DNA of 62,602 nucleotides, filler included, from Chiloscyllium plagiosum (Eukaryota): assembly GCF_004010195.1 (NCBI RefSeq). It is 3 parts of one record of this genome, joined end to end, with 100 filler letters (N's around TTAATTAATTAA, not from the genome) between each part and the next. Parts side by side here need not be neighbours in the genome. Positions count along the whole stretch, not along the records: positions 1 to 30,617 come from NC_057714.1; positions 30,718 to 43,984 come from NC_057714.1; 1 more part is not named here. The stretch is one strand, 5' to 3'. Each line of letters starts with the position of its first letter. Within the stretch, counting starts at the first letter, position 1. Under the pieces are notes generated by a model that was given only the letters and a program-made list of their open reading frames with translations, did no database searches and was not told where the DNA came from. A program made the translations under genes and the position numbers. Positions 24,661-38,239 of the stretch are shown here, piece after piece.

Positions 24661-27384
24661 CTAATGGTTCGTATTTTATAAAGCCAAGTGAGACAGGAGC
24701 CCTGAAATCATGTCGAGCTTTTGTTTTGCATGCGTTGCTTCTCTCGAGAACACAACTGACTGGTTTCCAATGACAATGTAAATCAAACGTGGGATAACCG
24801 GAATTTCTGCTCATGCCAACTATGGACAAGGGGAATTACCTACACCAGGGGCTGTTCCACAAGTTACACGTGACTGTTGTATACACGCCAGGATTAGACA
24901 CTGAGGAATGTTTAGCTGCTGTCCAAACAGCTATTACAGCACAAGGGAACAACTAGTTCCTTTTGTTCCTTGACTCATTAAGATATTGCAAAATTTTGTT
25001 TTTGGCAAATGCAAACTTTTATCTATAAGAAATTTGTCTTTTAAACTGTTGTATTTTTGTACACTGTATATACACCATTAGGAAGGATTTATAGAATAAG
25101 ACAATTTTTTTTTCCCAATCACTCTCAGGTCAAGTGGTGCAATCTATAATCCTCCCTTCAACAACATGGAATTTCTATAAGTGCAGATAAAGGCCATTCG
25201 GCCCATTGAGTCTGCACTGACCCTCCAAAAAGCATCCCACCCAGATCCATAACCCTGACCCATCCACCTAGCCTGCACATCTTTGGACTGTGAGAGGAAA
25301 CCAGAGCACTCAGGAGAAATGCATGCACGCACAGGGAGAATGTGCAAACTCCACACATACAGTTGCACGAGGCTGGAATCGAACCTGGGTCCCTAGGACT
25401 GTGAGGCAGCAATGCTAGCCACTGAGCAACTATACTGTCCAATATGCCTCTCCTCTATCTTAGAATGGTGTTGTGGAGTAACATTGTTCTGGAGTGATAA
25501 TCTCAAACAAAGCACCTCATTCTTCAAGTCCCTCACATATATGATGAAAAGGGAAATAAATTCAAGATGTTGCCATCCTTACAATCCTATCTTCTGCTTA
25601 AAACCATTAAGAACATACCCATAATACTTTTAAAAACTCTCATTCTTCTATCCTGGGGGAACGATGTGGAAATAAAAATGGAAAATACTGACAGGGAAGC
25701 TCAATGCGTCACGGGTTATTGGGCTAAATCTTTTCCCTCTTTTTGTGGCTAAGTGTTGGTTGCAGTCGGGTTTTTTGGAGGGCTGGCAGATTTCCTGATG
25801 TCTCTCACCAAATGCCCCTCATTAATTACCAACCCAACCCCGAAGGCCACCCTCACATCCGATTCAGGCCCTGTCTTACCCCGGAATAACTCATCACCCG
25901 CTCCCCCTTCCCTGTCTGCAGAAAGACCAGCATTCCTTGCATGTGCACTATCTTTGTAAGGCCACTGTGTATCTGGACAAGCGTTGGCCATTCCCCAAGC
26001 CACACCAACGTGTGGAACCAGAACGTCTGCAACTCTGTGGTACCATGCCGACCAACTTGGTGAAGGTGCCATGACCTGCTGAGTGACCAACCTGTCACAT
26101 CCATCAGGGAGTACCTGCTGTGCCCTGACACCCCCTTCCCATCTAAGACATTACCCCAATCATCCCACCAGCCACTACTTTCATTAGAGTCCATCATCAT
26201 CGACTCATAGAGTCATAGGGATGTACAGCACAGAAACAGACCCCTTGGTCCAACCTGTCCATGCCTCCCAGATATCCTAACCCATTGAGATCTACAGAAT
26301 AGAGAAAGGCTCTTTGGCCCATTGAATCCATGCCAGTCAGAAAACAACCAGCTCGCGAGAAGGAGCATGTAAGTATGGGATTTGTGAAGACACACTGTGG
26401 AATTCTTGAGCAGGTCGCTATAAGAAACGAAGAGATTTTGGAGGTTTCGGTGGATTTAAAAGTGGACAAAGCCCTAGATCTCGATGCGTTGTCTATGAGA
26501 CATCTGTGGGAGACAGTGAAATTACAGGGACCGCGACTCAAACCTTCAAATTGTCTGGCTACAGAGGAGGTGCCAGTGGTAGAGGTGAACCAAGGAATTA
26601 AAGAGCGCTGAGTCTAACACCAGTAGTAGGGAAACTATTTGGAAAATTCTGAAGGAGAGAATTAATCTCCATTTAGAGAGGCAAGGATTGATAGGGAATA
26701 GTGAATACAGCTTTATCAGAAGGAAGTCATGGAGTGGGTGATCACAGAGCCCCTACTGTGTACATGGAGGCCTTTTGACCCATCGAGTCCATACCAACCC
26801 TCCAAAGGGCATCCCACCTGTAATCCTGCATTTCTAATGGCTAATCCACCTTGCATGCACATCCCTGGACACTATGGGCAATCCATCCAACCTGCACATC
26901 TTTGGACTGTGGGAGGAAACCGGAGCACCCGGAGGGGACCCACACAGACATGGGGAGAACGTGCAAACTCCACACAGAGAGTCGCCCGAGGCTGGAATCG
27001 AACCTGAGCCACTGGGGCAGTAAGGTAGCAGTGCTAATCACTGAGTTACCATGCCATCTAGTGTGATAATGTGTTGCGTTTGTCTAAAACAAAGTGAAGT
27101 ACAGGAGGCACTGTGTTTGTTTTGGATTAGTGCGAGGAGCACTTTTTGCTTTGGTACACAACAGTACAATTCCTCATGTCAGTATGAGCACGCTATGGAA
27201 ACCAATCAGATAAAGCAACATGAACTCAGATCGCTGTGTTTAGGATCTCTAATCAGGCAAATGATCAAAGCTCCAAAACTGAATCTCTCATCACCTAATC
27301 AAATGACTCTAAACTTCTATTGATGTCCAAATAATTACATTCATTTAGGGTGTAGGTTTGCTCGCTGAGCTGTAGGTTTGATAT

Positions 27385-27424
27385 CCAGACGTTTCGTTAC
27401 CTGGCTAGGTAACATCATCAGTGG
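27385..27424 (-). ncRNA. Minimal hammerhead ribozyme motif (family B)
   Basis: cca-CTGATGA-t-gttacct agcc aggtaac-GAAA-C-GTC-tgg: 3-bp stem I, 7-bp stem II, palindromic ACGT at stem III. Confidence 0.82.
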
Positions 27425-27614
27425 CGACCTCCAAGTGAAGCGAAGCTGTTGTCTCCTGCTTTCTATTTATATCTTTCTCCTGGATGGGGTTCCTGGGGTT
27501 TGTCATCTATTAACCCCTCAGAAAATGACATCACCACAACCCCCAGGAACCCCATCCAGGAGAAAGATATAAATAGAAAGCAGGAGACAACAGCTTCGCT
27601 TCACTTGGAGGTCG

Positions 27615-27654
27615 CCACTGATGATGTGACCTAGCCAGGTAATGAAACGTCTGG
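27615..27654 (+). ncRNA. Minimal hammerhead ribozyme motif (family B, two stem II changes)
   Basis: cca-CTGATGA-tgtgacctagccaggtaat-GAAA-C-GTC-tgg. Confidence 0.75.
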
Positions 27655-27999
27655 ATATCAAACCTACAGCTCAGCGAGCAAACCTACACCCTAAACCTCA
27701 ACCTGAGCTATAAACCTTCACAAACCTTGCAATTACATTCATCACTCCTTCAATCTGAAGACCACAGCTCAGGGATCGTAAGGATTAAACTCCAATGAAT
27801 AAAGTATTGTACTAATAAGTATGTCACTGTTGAACTGCAAACCTTCTGAGCAGGGCTGAAACCCCTTTTTCTGATTCAGATCATATGAGAAATTGCCCAC
27901 TTACCTTTGGAGGGCTTTTCCCGATGAATGCCAAAGCAGCTGAGTCCAAACCATAGACCAGGGAGACAGTGCTAAAGCGGTGACCCCTTTTTCACAGGA

Positions 28000-29480
28000 T
28001 TGTTACGGTGCAGACAGAGATACTTGGCCCACCATGCCTGCACCTGCTCTCTGAGCATTGTATGTTGTGCCAAACGCCCACCTTTTACCCTTGGAGCATT
28101 GTTTCCATTTCAATCATCATCCAATCGGAATGCTTCAGTTGAACCTGCCTCCATCACATTTCCCTAACTACTCCGTGGGTGGAAATGCATTTGCATCTTA
28201 CATTTGCTTCTTTTGCAAAACACAGCCTGCGTCCTCTGCTTCTCAGTCCCTTTATGACTGGGAACAGTTTCGCCCTATTCGGTTCAGACTGCTAATGGTT
28301 TTGAAAACTTCTACCAAATCTTCTCTTAGCCTTCTCCTCTCCAAGGCATCCTTTTCCAATCTCTCTAAATGAAGTCTCCCATTCCTTGAACCACTCTCAT
28401 CAGTGTCTTCTGCACTCTCTCCAATGCATTTAAGACTGAGAACTGTACATAGTAATCCAGCTGAGGCCGAACCAATGACGTATTCATTGGGTGTCCCTGC
28501 CATTGTACTCAGTGCTTGTATTAATGAAGCTTAGAATACTGTATGTTTTACTGAGAGATCGCACTATCTGTCTTGATGCTGTTAATGATTTAGACACATA
28601 TACACACCCAGGTCACTCTGCTCTTGCATCCCCTTTAGAACAGTACCTGACATTTCAAACTGCCTTTCCATCTTCTTGATATGCTTCACTTCACTGAATT
28701 TCTGCCACCTCTCTGCTCACTCCGTCAACTTGTCAATGTCCTTTCGAAGCTCTCCTCACATTTTACGATGGTTACCATTTTGTGTCTTTGCTGATGTCCC
28801 CTGCACACCAAGGTTTGGATTATTATTACGTCTCAGGAGCCCTGCAGAGCTCCAGTACCCACCTTACTCCAGTCCAAAACATATCCATTGAGCGTTCCTC
28901 TCTGTTCCCTCAGCTAATTTTGTCTCCACCTTGGTACTATCCCTTTCATACCATAACCATAAACTTTCTCACAAGTTGACTGTGTGGCACTGCATGAAGA
29001 GCATGTACACCAGATCAATGGACTTCATCTCACCAATCCCACATTCCAACCTACCGCCAATAGGTTTTCTTGCTCGACCGGAAATTTGCTACCTTCGCCT
29101 TAAAGAATATTCAGTGCTCCACTCCTTCTGAGGCTGAACGTTTCAAAGATGCTTAAAGAGGAAAATAAATTCTGCCGTCTCAGTCCTAAATTTAAAACAG
29201 TGTGCCCTAATTCTGGGCAGACCCATTAAAGGAGACATCCTTCCCACATTCGCTTTGTCAAGACAGCTCAGGATCAGTCAAATCACATCTTGCTCTTCTA
29301 AACCCTAAAGGAAACAGGCCCAATCTGTCCAGCTTTTCCTCATAAGACAGCCCTCCCATTCCAGGTAGCAATCTAATAAATCTTGGAACCATCTCCAATG
29401 TGCTTACATTCTCCCTTAAGTAAGGAGACCTCAAGGAGACGCAGTATTCATGATCTGGCCTCAGCAGTGCTCCATGTACC
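28000..29480 (-). mobile_element. Old, degenerate CR1 fragments
   Basis: LERRRLREDLVEVFK; LSYEEKLDRLGLFPL. Confidence 0.75.
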
Positions 29481-30147
29481 TGAAGCAGTTTTTTACACTG
29501 GTGAAGGAGCAACTGGTACTGAATTGTAACACCAACATGCTCGTGTCTGAACGGGATGTAGTTTATCGTCTGATTAGGTACAAGTTTAGCTCGCTAGCTT
29601 GAGGACTCTATGGCACAGTGGTAGCAGCCTTACCTCTAGGCATAACCAGTCCCAGTTCGATTCCCACCAACCCCAGGCATGGGTCGTGCACTTGTCTGAG
29701 TAAGTGGATTTGGAACATCTGTGTTTCATCGCTATACCCTGTTGCTGGGACATCCAAATGATATTTATGCCTGTATAAGATCCAGAATTACTATCTCCTC
29801 TTAAAACTGCATGGACCAACAGATTGGATGGGGTTTAATGCGGTGTCCATCACTAACCCTTTCAGAACCATTATGTTACACAATAAATATCAACTTTTTC
29901 AAGTAAAGTCAATGTATATCACAGGTTAAAAACAATGACTGCAGATGCTGGAAACCAGATTCTGGATCAATGGTGCTGGAAGAGCACAGCAGTTCAGGCA
30001 GGTTACCAGCTCTCATAAAGTCATAGAGTCATATAGCGAGGAAACAGGCCCTTCGGCCCAACTTGTCTATGCTGGCCAGGTTTTCCAAACTGAACTAGTC
30101 CCATTTTCCTGCATTTGGCTCATATCCCTTTAAACCTTTCCTATCGA

Positions 30148-30617
30148 AGGTGAAGAGCTAGAGGTGGTGGTACATGTCGGCACAAATGATGTCAGGAAGA
30201 AGAGGAGGAACATACCACAGCGGGACTTCGGAGAACTAGGAAGAAGGCTGAAAAGCAGGAGGTCCAGGGTGGTTATCTCCGGTTTGCTTCCAGTTCCTCG
30301 GGCTGGTGAGGCCAGAAACAGGGAGATAATGGACTTGAACATGTGGCTGGGGAACTGGTGCAGGAAGCAAGGATTTAACTTCTTGGATCACTGGGGTATG
30401 TTTTGTGGTAAGCATAAATTATACATCTTAATAGGTTTGCATCTTAATAGGTTCGGGACCAGCATTCTGGCAGGCAGGTTTGCTACTGCAACACCGCTAC
30501 ATTTAAACTAAGTAGCGGGGGGAGGGGACAAACTGGATGTTTAAGAAGGAAATTGAAGGGAAAGTTAGAACAAGAGAAGTCAAGAAAGACAACGGTATCA
30601 ATGAGGCAGAAAACTCA
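30148..30617 (+). mobile_element. CR1 ORF1 SGNH esterase fragment
   Basis: VVHVGTND..VVISGLLP..LNMWL..WC..GF.FLDHW..GLHLN..G..ILA. Confidence 0.9.
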
Positions 30618-30717
30618 NNNNNNNNNNNNNNNNNNNNNNNNNNNNNNNNNNNNNNNNNNNNTTAATTAATTAANNNNNNNNNNNNNNNNNNNNNNNNNNN
30701 NNNNNNNNNNNNNNNNN
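30618..30717. other. Assembly gap with TTAATTAATTAA linker
   Basis: 44 N + ttaattaattaa (30662-30673) + 44 N. Confidence 0.95.
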
Positions 30718-30850
30718 TCATTCCTGAAGAAGGGCTTATGCCCGAAACGTCGATTCTCCTGCTCCTTGGATGCTGCCTGACCTGCTGCGCTTTTCCAGTA
30801 ACACATTTTTAAGCTCTGATCTCCAGCATCTGCAGTCCTCACTTTCTCCT
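30718..30850 (+). mobile_element. Penelope family A 3' end with hammerhead motif
   Basis: ttc-CTGAAGA-a-gggc ttat gccc-GAAA-C-GTC-ga (30724-30751). Confidence 0.8.
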
Positions 30851-30899
30851 ATAATCAGCCAGGACCAACCAGCTCTGTGTCAAATGCACACTGACCATG

Positions 30900-31420
30900 A
30901 AGTCTCCACCTAGTTGTAGGAAGGATATTATTAAGCTAGACAGGGTTCAGAAGAGATTCAGGATGTTGCTGGGTAAGGAAGGTTTGAGTTATAAAGAAAG
31001 GCTGGATAAGCTGGAACATTTTTCACTGGAGCATAAGAGGTTGAGGGGTGACTTTGTAGAGGTTTATAAAATAATGAGGGGTAAAAATAAGGTGAATGGT
31101 ACATGGCTTCCCTGTGATGGGGGATTTCAAGACTAGGGGGCTTTTTATTTAAGGTATTAGGAGAGAGATCTAAAAATGCCATAAAGGGTAAACTTTATTT
31201 ACACAGAAGGTGGTTGACATGTGGAATGAAGCTCTTGAGGGTGTGATGGATGCAGGCACAGTTACAATATTCAAAAGGCGCTTAGATAAGTACGTGAACA
31301 GGAAAGGTTTGGAGGGATATAGGCCAGAAGCGGGCAGGTGGGACTAGTTTAGTTTGGGATTATGGTCAGCATGGACTGGTTGGACCGAAGGGTCTGTTTC
31401 CGTGTTGGATGACTCTATAA
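30900..31420 (+). mobile_element. CR1 LINE 3' fragment
   Basis: RKDIIKLDRVQKRF..LSYKERLDKL. Confidence 0.88.
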
Positions 31421-33679
31421 CTCAATGATTAAGTGAGCCAAGACTTTTAAACGGATGAAATTACTTGTTGAGCCAATGCATGGATTTTTACAGACCCTCA
31501 ATCAGCTATGTTTCAAACCTTCCTTTCTTTTGTCTGAGAATCTGAGAGGGGTCGAAGGTCACTGGTAATGAATGCTGCAGCTTGTTGAAAAATGACTTCA
31601 AATTCTCTTTGAGGTCATGATGGATCTCTTTTGTCGTCCACAGCCACCTCAAAGGGTTAATTAATAAGTGTCTAGTTTATACAAACGAGAACCTTCCTGT
31701 TATTATTCCCAGTCTGCACTCTTACCTGATCTTTAAATCCCATCCAAGGCCAGATTCATTGGGTTCAGTGCACCACAGTTTCAAACAGGTCCATTGTGAA
31801 AGGCAATAGAGGAACAGAGTTGCATCACCAATCTTCCACAATTGGCCTGAGCTTTCTTTCTTAATCATTCACAAAATAAGTGACTTGTTTATTTATTGTC
31901 CACCTCTAATTGTCCCAGAGAAGTTTGTGGTGAGCTGCCATCCTGAATCATTGCAGTCCATGCACTGTAGGTAGACCCACAATGCCCTTAGGGAGGGAGC
32001 TCCAGCATTTTGAACTTGTGACAATATGGTGATTTAGTCAGGATGGCTTGGAGGGACATATGCAGGTGATGCTATTACCATGCATCTGCTGCCCTTGTCT
32101 CTCTGGGTGGTAGAGGTCATGGATCTAGGACGGCAAGGTGGCCCAGTGGTCAGTACTGCTACCTCACAGCGCCAGGAACCCGGGTTTGATTCCAGCCTCA
32201 GGCGACTGTCTGTGTGGAGTTTGCGCTTTCCCCCCGTGTCTGTTTGGGTTTCCTCTGGGTGCTCCAGCTTCCTCCCACAATCCAAAGATGTGAAGGTTAG
32301 GGTGGATTGACCATGCTATCTTGGCCATCGTGTCCAGGGCTGTACTGGCTAAGTGAATTAGGAATGGAAAGCACAGTGTTATGGGAATAGGGTGGGGGTG
32401 CTGCGTCTCGATGGGATGACCCTTGGAGGGTCAGTGTGGACTCAATGGGCTGAATGGCCTCTTTCCACATTGTAAAAATTTTATATAAGATCTGGACGAT
32501 GTTTTTAAAGGAGCCTTAGTGATTTATGTAGTGCATCTTGTACTCTTACATGGATTCCAGACAAGACAGTCACTGTACCGTTAAGACAGGTAGGTGACAT
32601 CACAACAATATAAGGTCCTTGCCTCACCTTCACAGCTCAATGCCATGGAGTCAATCGTTCAGCCATGTGTTGTATTACAGTCATCTAATATAGCTGTAAT
32701 ACCAGTGAGCACAGAACCCAGACTTTGTGTCAGTCTGAGATTGAAAGCAGTATTAGTGTTGTTAATAAAGTTCAGGGCATCTATCTCAACAAGAGCCCAT
32801 GGTTTATGTTGCATGAGCTAACTTATACAAAGCACTCAGAGCATATCATACAGGCAGTGGAGTTTAACCCTAGAAACCATATCAATGCATTTTACAGATG
32901 GCACTCTGGAGAAAGATTAAAGCAGCCTTAAATAAAATTGTGATGTATTATTCATTTTCTTTGAACACTAGTCCTAAAAGTGTTGGAGGAAGAGCCGGGG
33001 ACGTGCAGGCTCAAGGCTGAGAGCGACAGATTTTTAAGTAGGAAAGGGATAAAAGGTTATGGAGAAAAGGCAGGAAAGTAGAGTTGAGGATTATGCTCTC
33101 ATTGAATGGCAGTATATGCAAAGCTGTGCACCTTCCTCAGCTTGATTGGGGAATACATATTGCTCACACAGCTGGACACTATCTACTTCATTGTTACTGA
33201 TGTTGGGGAGATACTGGGAGAGCCGCATGTCACTGGGCTTGTGATCCAGTGACCTGGGTTCCAATCCAACAGCAGCATGTGGAAGTTGATGGCTCAGTGG
33301 TTAGCGCTGCCTCACAACGCCAGGGACCCGAGTTCGGTTCCACCGTCAGGTAACTGTCTGTGTGGATTTCCTTCAAGTGCCCAGGCTTCCTCTCATAGTC
33401 CAAACTTGTGCAGGTTAGGTGGATTGGCCATGCTAAATTGCCCTGTAGTGTCCAGGAATGACTAGGTTAGGTGGATTAGCCATGGGAAATGCAGAGTCGT
33501 ACGGGTGGGAGGTGGGTTGATTGTGGGTGGAATACTCTTCAGAGGGTTGGTGTCGACTGGATGGGCCAACTGGCCTGCTTCCACACGATAGGGGTTCTAT
33601 GATGATGATCTGGAATTGAATGCTTGTCTTGGTGCTGAGTTCCTATGATATTTGTTTTCTATCCTTAATATCAATTCCT

Positions 33680-34808
33680 TAGAGTCATAGGGTCCTACAG
33701 CATGGAAACAGGCCCTTTGGCCTAACGTTCCATGCCGTCCAAATGTCCACCCACACTAATCCCATTTCCCTGCACTTGGCCCATATCCTTCCAATCCTTT
33801 CCTATCCATGTATTTATCCAAATGCCTTTTAAATATTGTTAATGTACCCGCCTCAACCACTTCCGCTGGCAGCTCATTCCATATGCGTACCACCGTTAAG
33901 ACAGGTAGGTGACATCACAACAATATAAGGTCCTTGCCTCACCTTCACAGCAATGGAGTCAATCATTCTGTGTAAAAAGGTTGCCCCTCAGGTTCCCTTT
34001 TATTCTTTTCCCTCTAACTTTAAACTGATTCCCTCTAGTCCTCAATTCCGCAACCCTGGGAAAAAGACTGAGTGCATTTACCCTATCCATGCCTCTCATG
34101 ATGTTAGACACTTCTGTAAGGTCCCCCCCTCAGTCTCCTATGCTCGAAAGAAAAAGGTCCTGGCTTGTCCAACCTCTCCTTATAACTCAGACCATTGAGA
34201 CAAGGCAATATCCTTGTAAATTTCATCTGCACTCTTTCCAGTTTAAAAACATCCTTCCTATAACAAGGTGACCAAAACTGAACACAATACTCCATGTGTG
34301 CCCTCACCAAAGTCCTGTACAACTGCAACATAACTTCCCAAATGCTATACTCAATGCCCTGACTGATGAAGGCCATTGTGCCAAAGGCCTTCTTCATTGT
34401 CCTGTCTACCTGTGACTCTGCTTTCAGAGAACCATGCACCTGAACTCCAAGGTCCCCCTGTTCCACTACACTCCTTAAGGCCCTACTATTCACCATGAAA
34501 CTCTTACCTCAACTTGACTTTTCAAAATGCAAGACCTCACACTTATCTATATTAAACTCCATTTGCCATTTCTTGGCCCAGTTCCCCAGCTGATCAAGGT
34601 CCTGCTGCAACTTCTGATAGCCTTCCTCACTATCTATGATATCCCTTATTTTAGTGTCATCTGCAAACTTACTAATCATGCCTTGTACATTCTCATCCAA
34701 GTCATTGATATCGATAACAAACAGCAATGGGCCCAGCACCGACCCCTGAGGCTTTCCACTAGTCACAGGCCTCCAGTCTGACAAGCATCCTTCCACTATT
34801 ACCCTCTG
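33680..34808 (-). mobile_element. CR1 LINE RT/3' fragment carrying a ~70-bp foreign insert
   Basis: PQGSVLGPLLF, KFADDTK and YCVQFWSP; insert at 33892-33964. Confidence 0.93.
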
Positions 34809-35964
34809 GGTCTTGGCTGTCTTTCCATCTGTTTGTAAAGGGTTTGGGGGCAGTTGGGGATTTAAAAGAGGTATAAATTAGCAATTAGTATTTCCTAATC
34901 ATCACTGGATAAAGATCTTTTGCTTGTAACAAAGTTGTTTTCTATCAAGGACGAGAAACCAAGTGAATGTTTTCTTTTCACCTGAGTTCATTTATCAGGT
35001 AAACCTGGATAATTTGACTAAACCTTCTAGTATTTTTGTAGAATTTTAGAATTAGGTGTTATTGTCACATGTACTCAAGAACAGAAGTACAGCAGTACAG
35101 TGAAAAGTATACAGAGAAGGCAGGAATAGAGAGGTTTGATTTCTAATGTTACCCCAGTGAGTCATGCCAAAGTAGAGAGGGTATCTCACCTTCTGATAAA
35201 TATGACTCAGTAGCTGATGGACTTAATGAGGTTTCTTCAGTTGTGCAAATAAGAAAAAAAATTGGTAGCTTAAGACCAAACATAAGAAGTAGATCATTGT
35301 AACTGAACAGAAGATCAATAACATATTATGTTATACAAACTCTTAAGCTCCACCAAGCATGACTTCCTTCTTATGATTTCTATGCGTGGGATGTTGAGTA
35401 TCAATAATGCTGTCTTGGTGTTAATGTGCCCATATGAATAGGGGGACTTCCCCCAGTGTAACTCCTCTCTCACGGAAACAGCAATGGGTCCTGCATCAAC
35501 CCCTGAGGCCCATCACTAGTCAGAGCTGCCTAGGAGCTGAGGTGATAGAATCTCTGCAGTGTGGGCAGGCCATCGGACCCATCAAGTCCATGCGGATCCT
35601 TCAAAGAGCATCCCACACCTATCCCTCCAACCCCAATTTCCTATGGCTAATTCACCTAACCTGCACAGCTTTGGACTGTGGGAGGAAACCAAAACACTTG
35701 GAGGAAACTCAAGTGGAGAATGTGCAAACTTCACACAGACAGCTGCCCAATATTGGGATTGAATCGAGCAGAAATCTCTTGAGAACTCATTAGTCTTCAC
35801 CTGGATGTAAAACCCACCCAAAATAAGCATCGATCAACATAAACTGCTGCTCTCCAGTTGAAACCACTGACCAGCCACAGGATTGCCAAGACAGTACTGT
35901 TTTAACCATGTGTACAATTCCCCATCAATCCCCCGCCAAGTATCTACTCTTTATGTCGTTCTTC

Positions 35965-36390
35965 CATGGGAGTATTGAGTACAAGGTCATGTTGCGTCTG
36001 TGCAGGACATTGTTTTCCCTGGAGCATCGGAGGCTGAGGGGTGACCTTATAGATCTTTATAATATCATGAAGGGCATGGATAGGCTAAATAGACAAAGTC
36101 TCTTCCCTGGAACTCAAGGGCATAGGCTTAGGGTGAGAGGGGAAAGATATAAAAGAGACCTAAGGGGCAACATTTTCATGCAGTGGGTGGTACGTGTTTG
36201 GACTGAGCTGCCAGAGGAAGTGGTGGAGGCTGGTACAATTGTAACATTTAAAAGCATCTGGTTGGGTATATGAATAGGAAGGTTGGAGGGATATGGGCCA
36301 AGTGCTGACAAATTGGAATAGATTAGGTTGGGATATCTGGTTGGCATGGATGAGTTGGACCGTGCTGTACATCTCTATGACTCTATGACT
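35965..36390 (+). mobile_element. CR1 LINE 3' fragment
   Basis: LFSLEHRRLRGDLI..RVWTELPEEVVEA. Confidence 0.88.
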
Positions 36391-37144
36391 GTCAAGAGGT
36401 GATGGTTATAGAGTTTCTTTGGTTGGAGATGGGCATTACCTGGCATTTTTGTGGTGCAAATGTTACTTACCATTTATCAACTCAATGCTGAATGCTAGCC
36501 AGGCCTCTTTGTCCATGTCCATGTCCATGGACTGTTTCAGTATCTGAGGAGTCATGAATGTTTGAAATTAAAAAATTAATGGATGAAAGAATCGGTTGAA
36601 ACCTAATGGGAGGCAGGCAGTGACTTAAGGTGCAATACTGTCTGTATTCTAGAAACTTTGAGGAACAGTTTGAAGTCTTGTCACAGCAGGAACCTGCTGA
36701 CATAAATATCAGGAGTTAGCATTTGTACTGTACTTTCAATTTAGCAAAATATCGCATGATGTTTAACAGTAATATCAATAAACGCAATGTTTGTCACTGA
36801 GCAACATAAAGGTGTCAGGACAGATGACCGCAAACTTGGTCAGAGAAGTAAGTTATAAGGTATTCGTCGAGGAAGGAGAACTTGGTTGGCATGGACAAGT
36901 TGGACCGAAGGGTCAGTTTCTGTGCTGCACATCTCTTTGACTCAATGAACAGTGCTGAATATTGTACAGTCATTGGCAAACATCCACAATCCTGACGTTA
37001 TAATGGACGGAAGGTCATTGATGAGATAGCTGAAGACGGTTGGGCCTCGGACACTATCCTAAGGAACTTCTGCAGGGATGTCCTGGAGCTGATATCATAA
37101 AATCCCTGCAATGTGGACAGGCCATCTGGCCCATCTAATTCCAT

Positions 37145-37345
37145 TTTCTGGATTAGAGTAGTGCTGGTAAAGCACAGCAGTTCAGGCAGCATCCGAGGAG
37201 CAGGAATAGACCTCTATTCCTGACGAAGGGTTTTTGCCCGAAATGTCGATTTTCCTGCTCTTCCGATGCTACCTGACCTGCTGTGCTTTTCCAGCACCAC
37301 TCTAATCCAGAATCTGGTTTCCAGCATCTGCCGTCATTGTTTTTA
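37145..37345. mobile_element. Penelope family A fold-back insertion with 14-bp TSD, inside an HE1 tail
   Basis: ccatctaattccat at 37131-37144 and 37346-37359; degenerate hammerhead ctgacga...gaaatgtc. Confidence 0.85.
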
Positions 37346-38239
37346 CCATCTAATTCCATGCTGACCCTCCAAAGATCATCCCACACAGAACCACAGCAAG
37401 CCCTCTAACCCCAATTTTCCATGGCTTATTCACCTGATCTGCACAGCTTCTGACTGTGGGAGGAAACTGGAGCACCCGGAGGAAACCCACACACAGACAC
37501 TGGGAGAATGTGCAAACTCCACACAGACAGTTGCTCAAGGATGGGATCGAACCCAGAACTGTGATGCTATGAGGCAGCAGTGCTAACCACTGGGCCACTG
37601 TGCTGGCCTACTAACTGACCTCCTACAACCACAACCATCTTCCTTTGGGCCAGGTATGGCTCCAACCAGCAGAGAGTTTACCCCATGATTTCCCCCAGTT
37701 CAGTTTTGCCTTCACAAGCATAAACTAACATTTACTAACCAAGTTCGTAAAGCTTCTCGCCTGAGCACTTTCCCAAAACTCAGAAAAAGCTAAATATTCA
37801 TGACCATTTGAGGAATTTATTCAGATGCACAGAAATAATGTATGTTCATGTTTTTTGCTTATCTGACATGGTATCTGCTGGATTTCACTACACATTGGAA
37901 CTGATTGGACAGGATTAGCACAAACAATGACACCATTCCTGACTGCTCTGAACTGAGTCATGCCAGACTTGAAACTTTAACCCTGCTTTTCTCTCTCTCT
38001 CCCCAGACACGGCCGCACCTGCTGAGTTTCTCTAGCCTTCTCAGTGCTCCAGTATTTGTTTCAGATTTCCAGCATCTGCAGTATTTTGCTTTTAATCACC
38101 TAATGGCGGGTATGTCTTGTGGAACATTCCCCACCTCCTTTCTCATCTTATTGATGTGACAAAAATTAAAATTTGAAGCCCTCACGTACGTGCGTTTTAA
38201 TCAAATGTTATGTTCCCGATGTTGGGTGTGTCCAGAACC

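Larger units (their letters stand above)
27345..27730. mobile_element. Penelope inverted-pLTR mini-element (family B) with 12-bp TSD
   Basis: ~155-bp near-perfect inverted repeat (27345-27500 vs ~27537-27695); aattacattcat at 27333-27344 and 27731-27742. Confidence 0.88.

Noticed and set aside
27345..27700. pre-miRNA or DNA-transposon TIRs
   Set aside because: The asymmetric tail beyond the right arm, 12-bp TSD and hammerhead cores fit a Penelope inverted pLTR better.
30164..30511. Host GDSL/SGNH lipase gene
   Set aside because: Matches the esterase domain of CR1 ORF1, occurs again at 44085-44360, and lacks splice structure.
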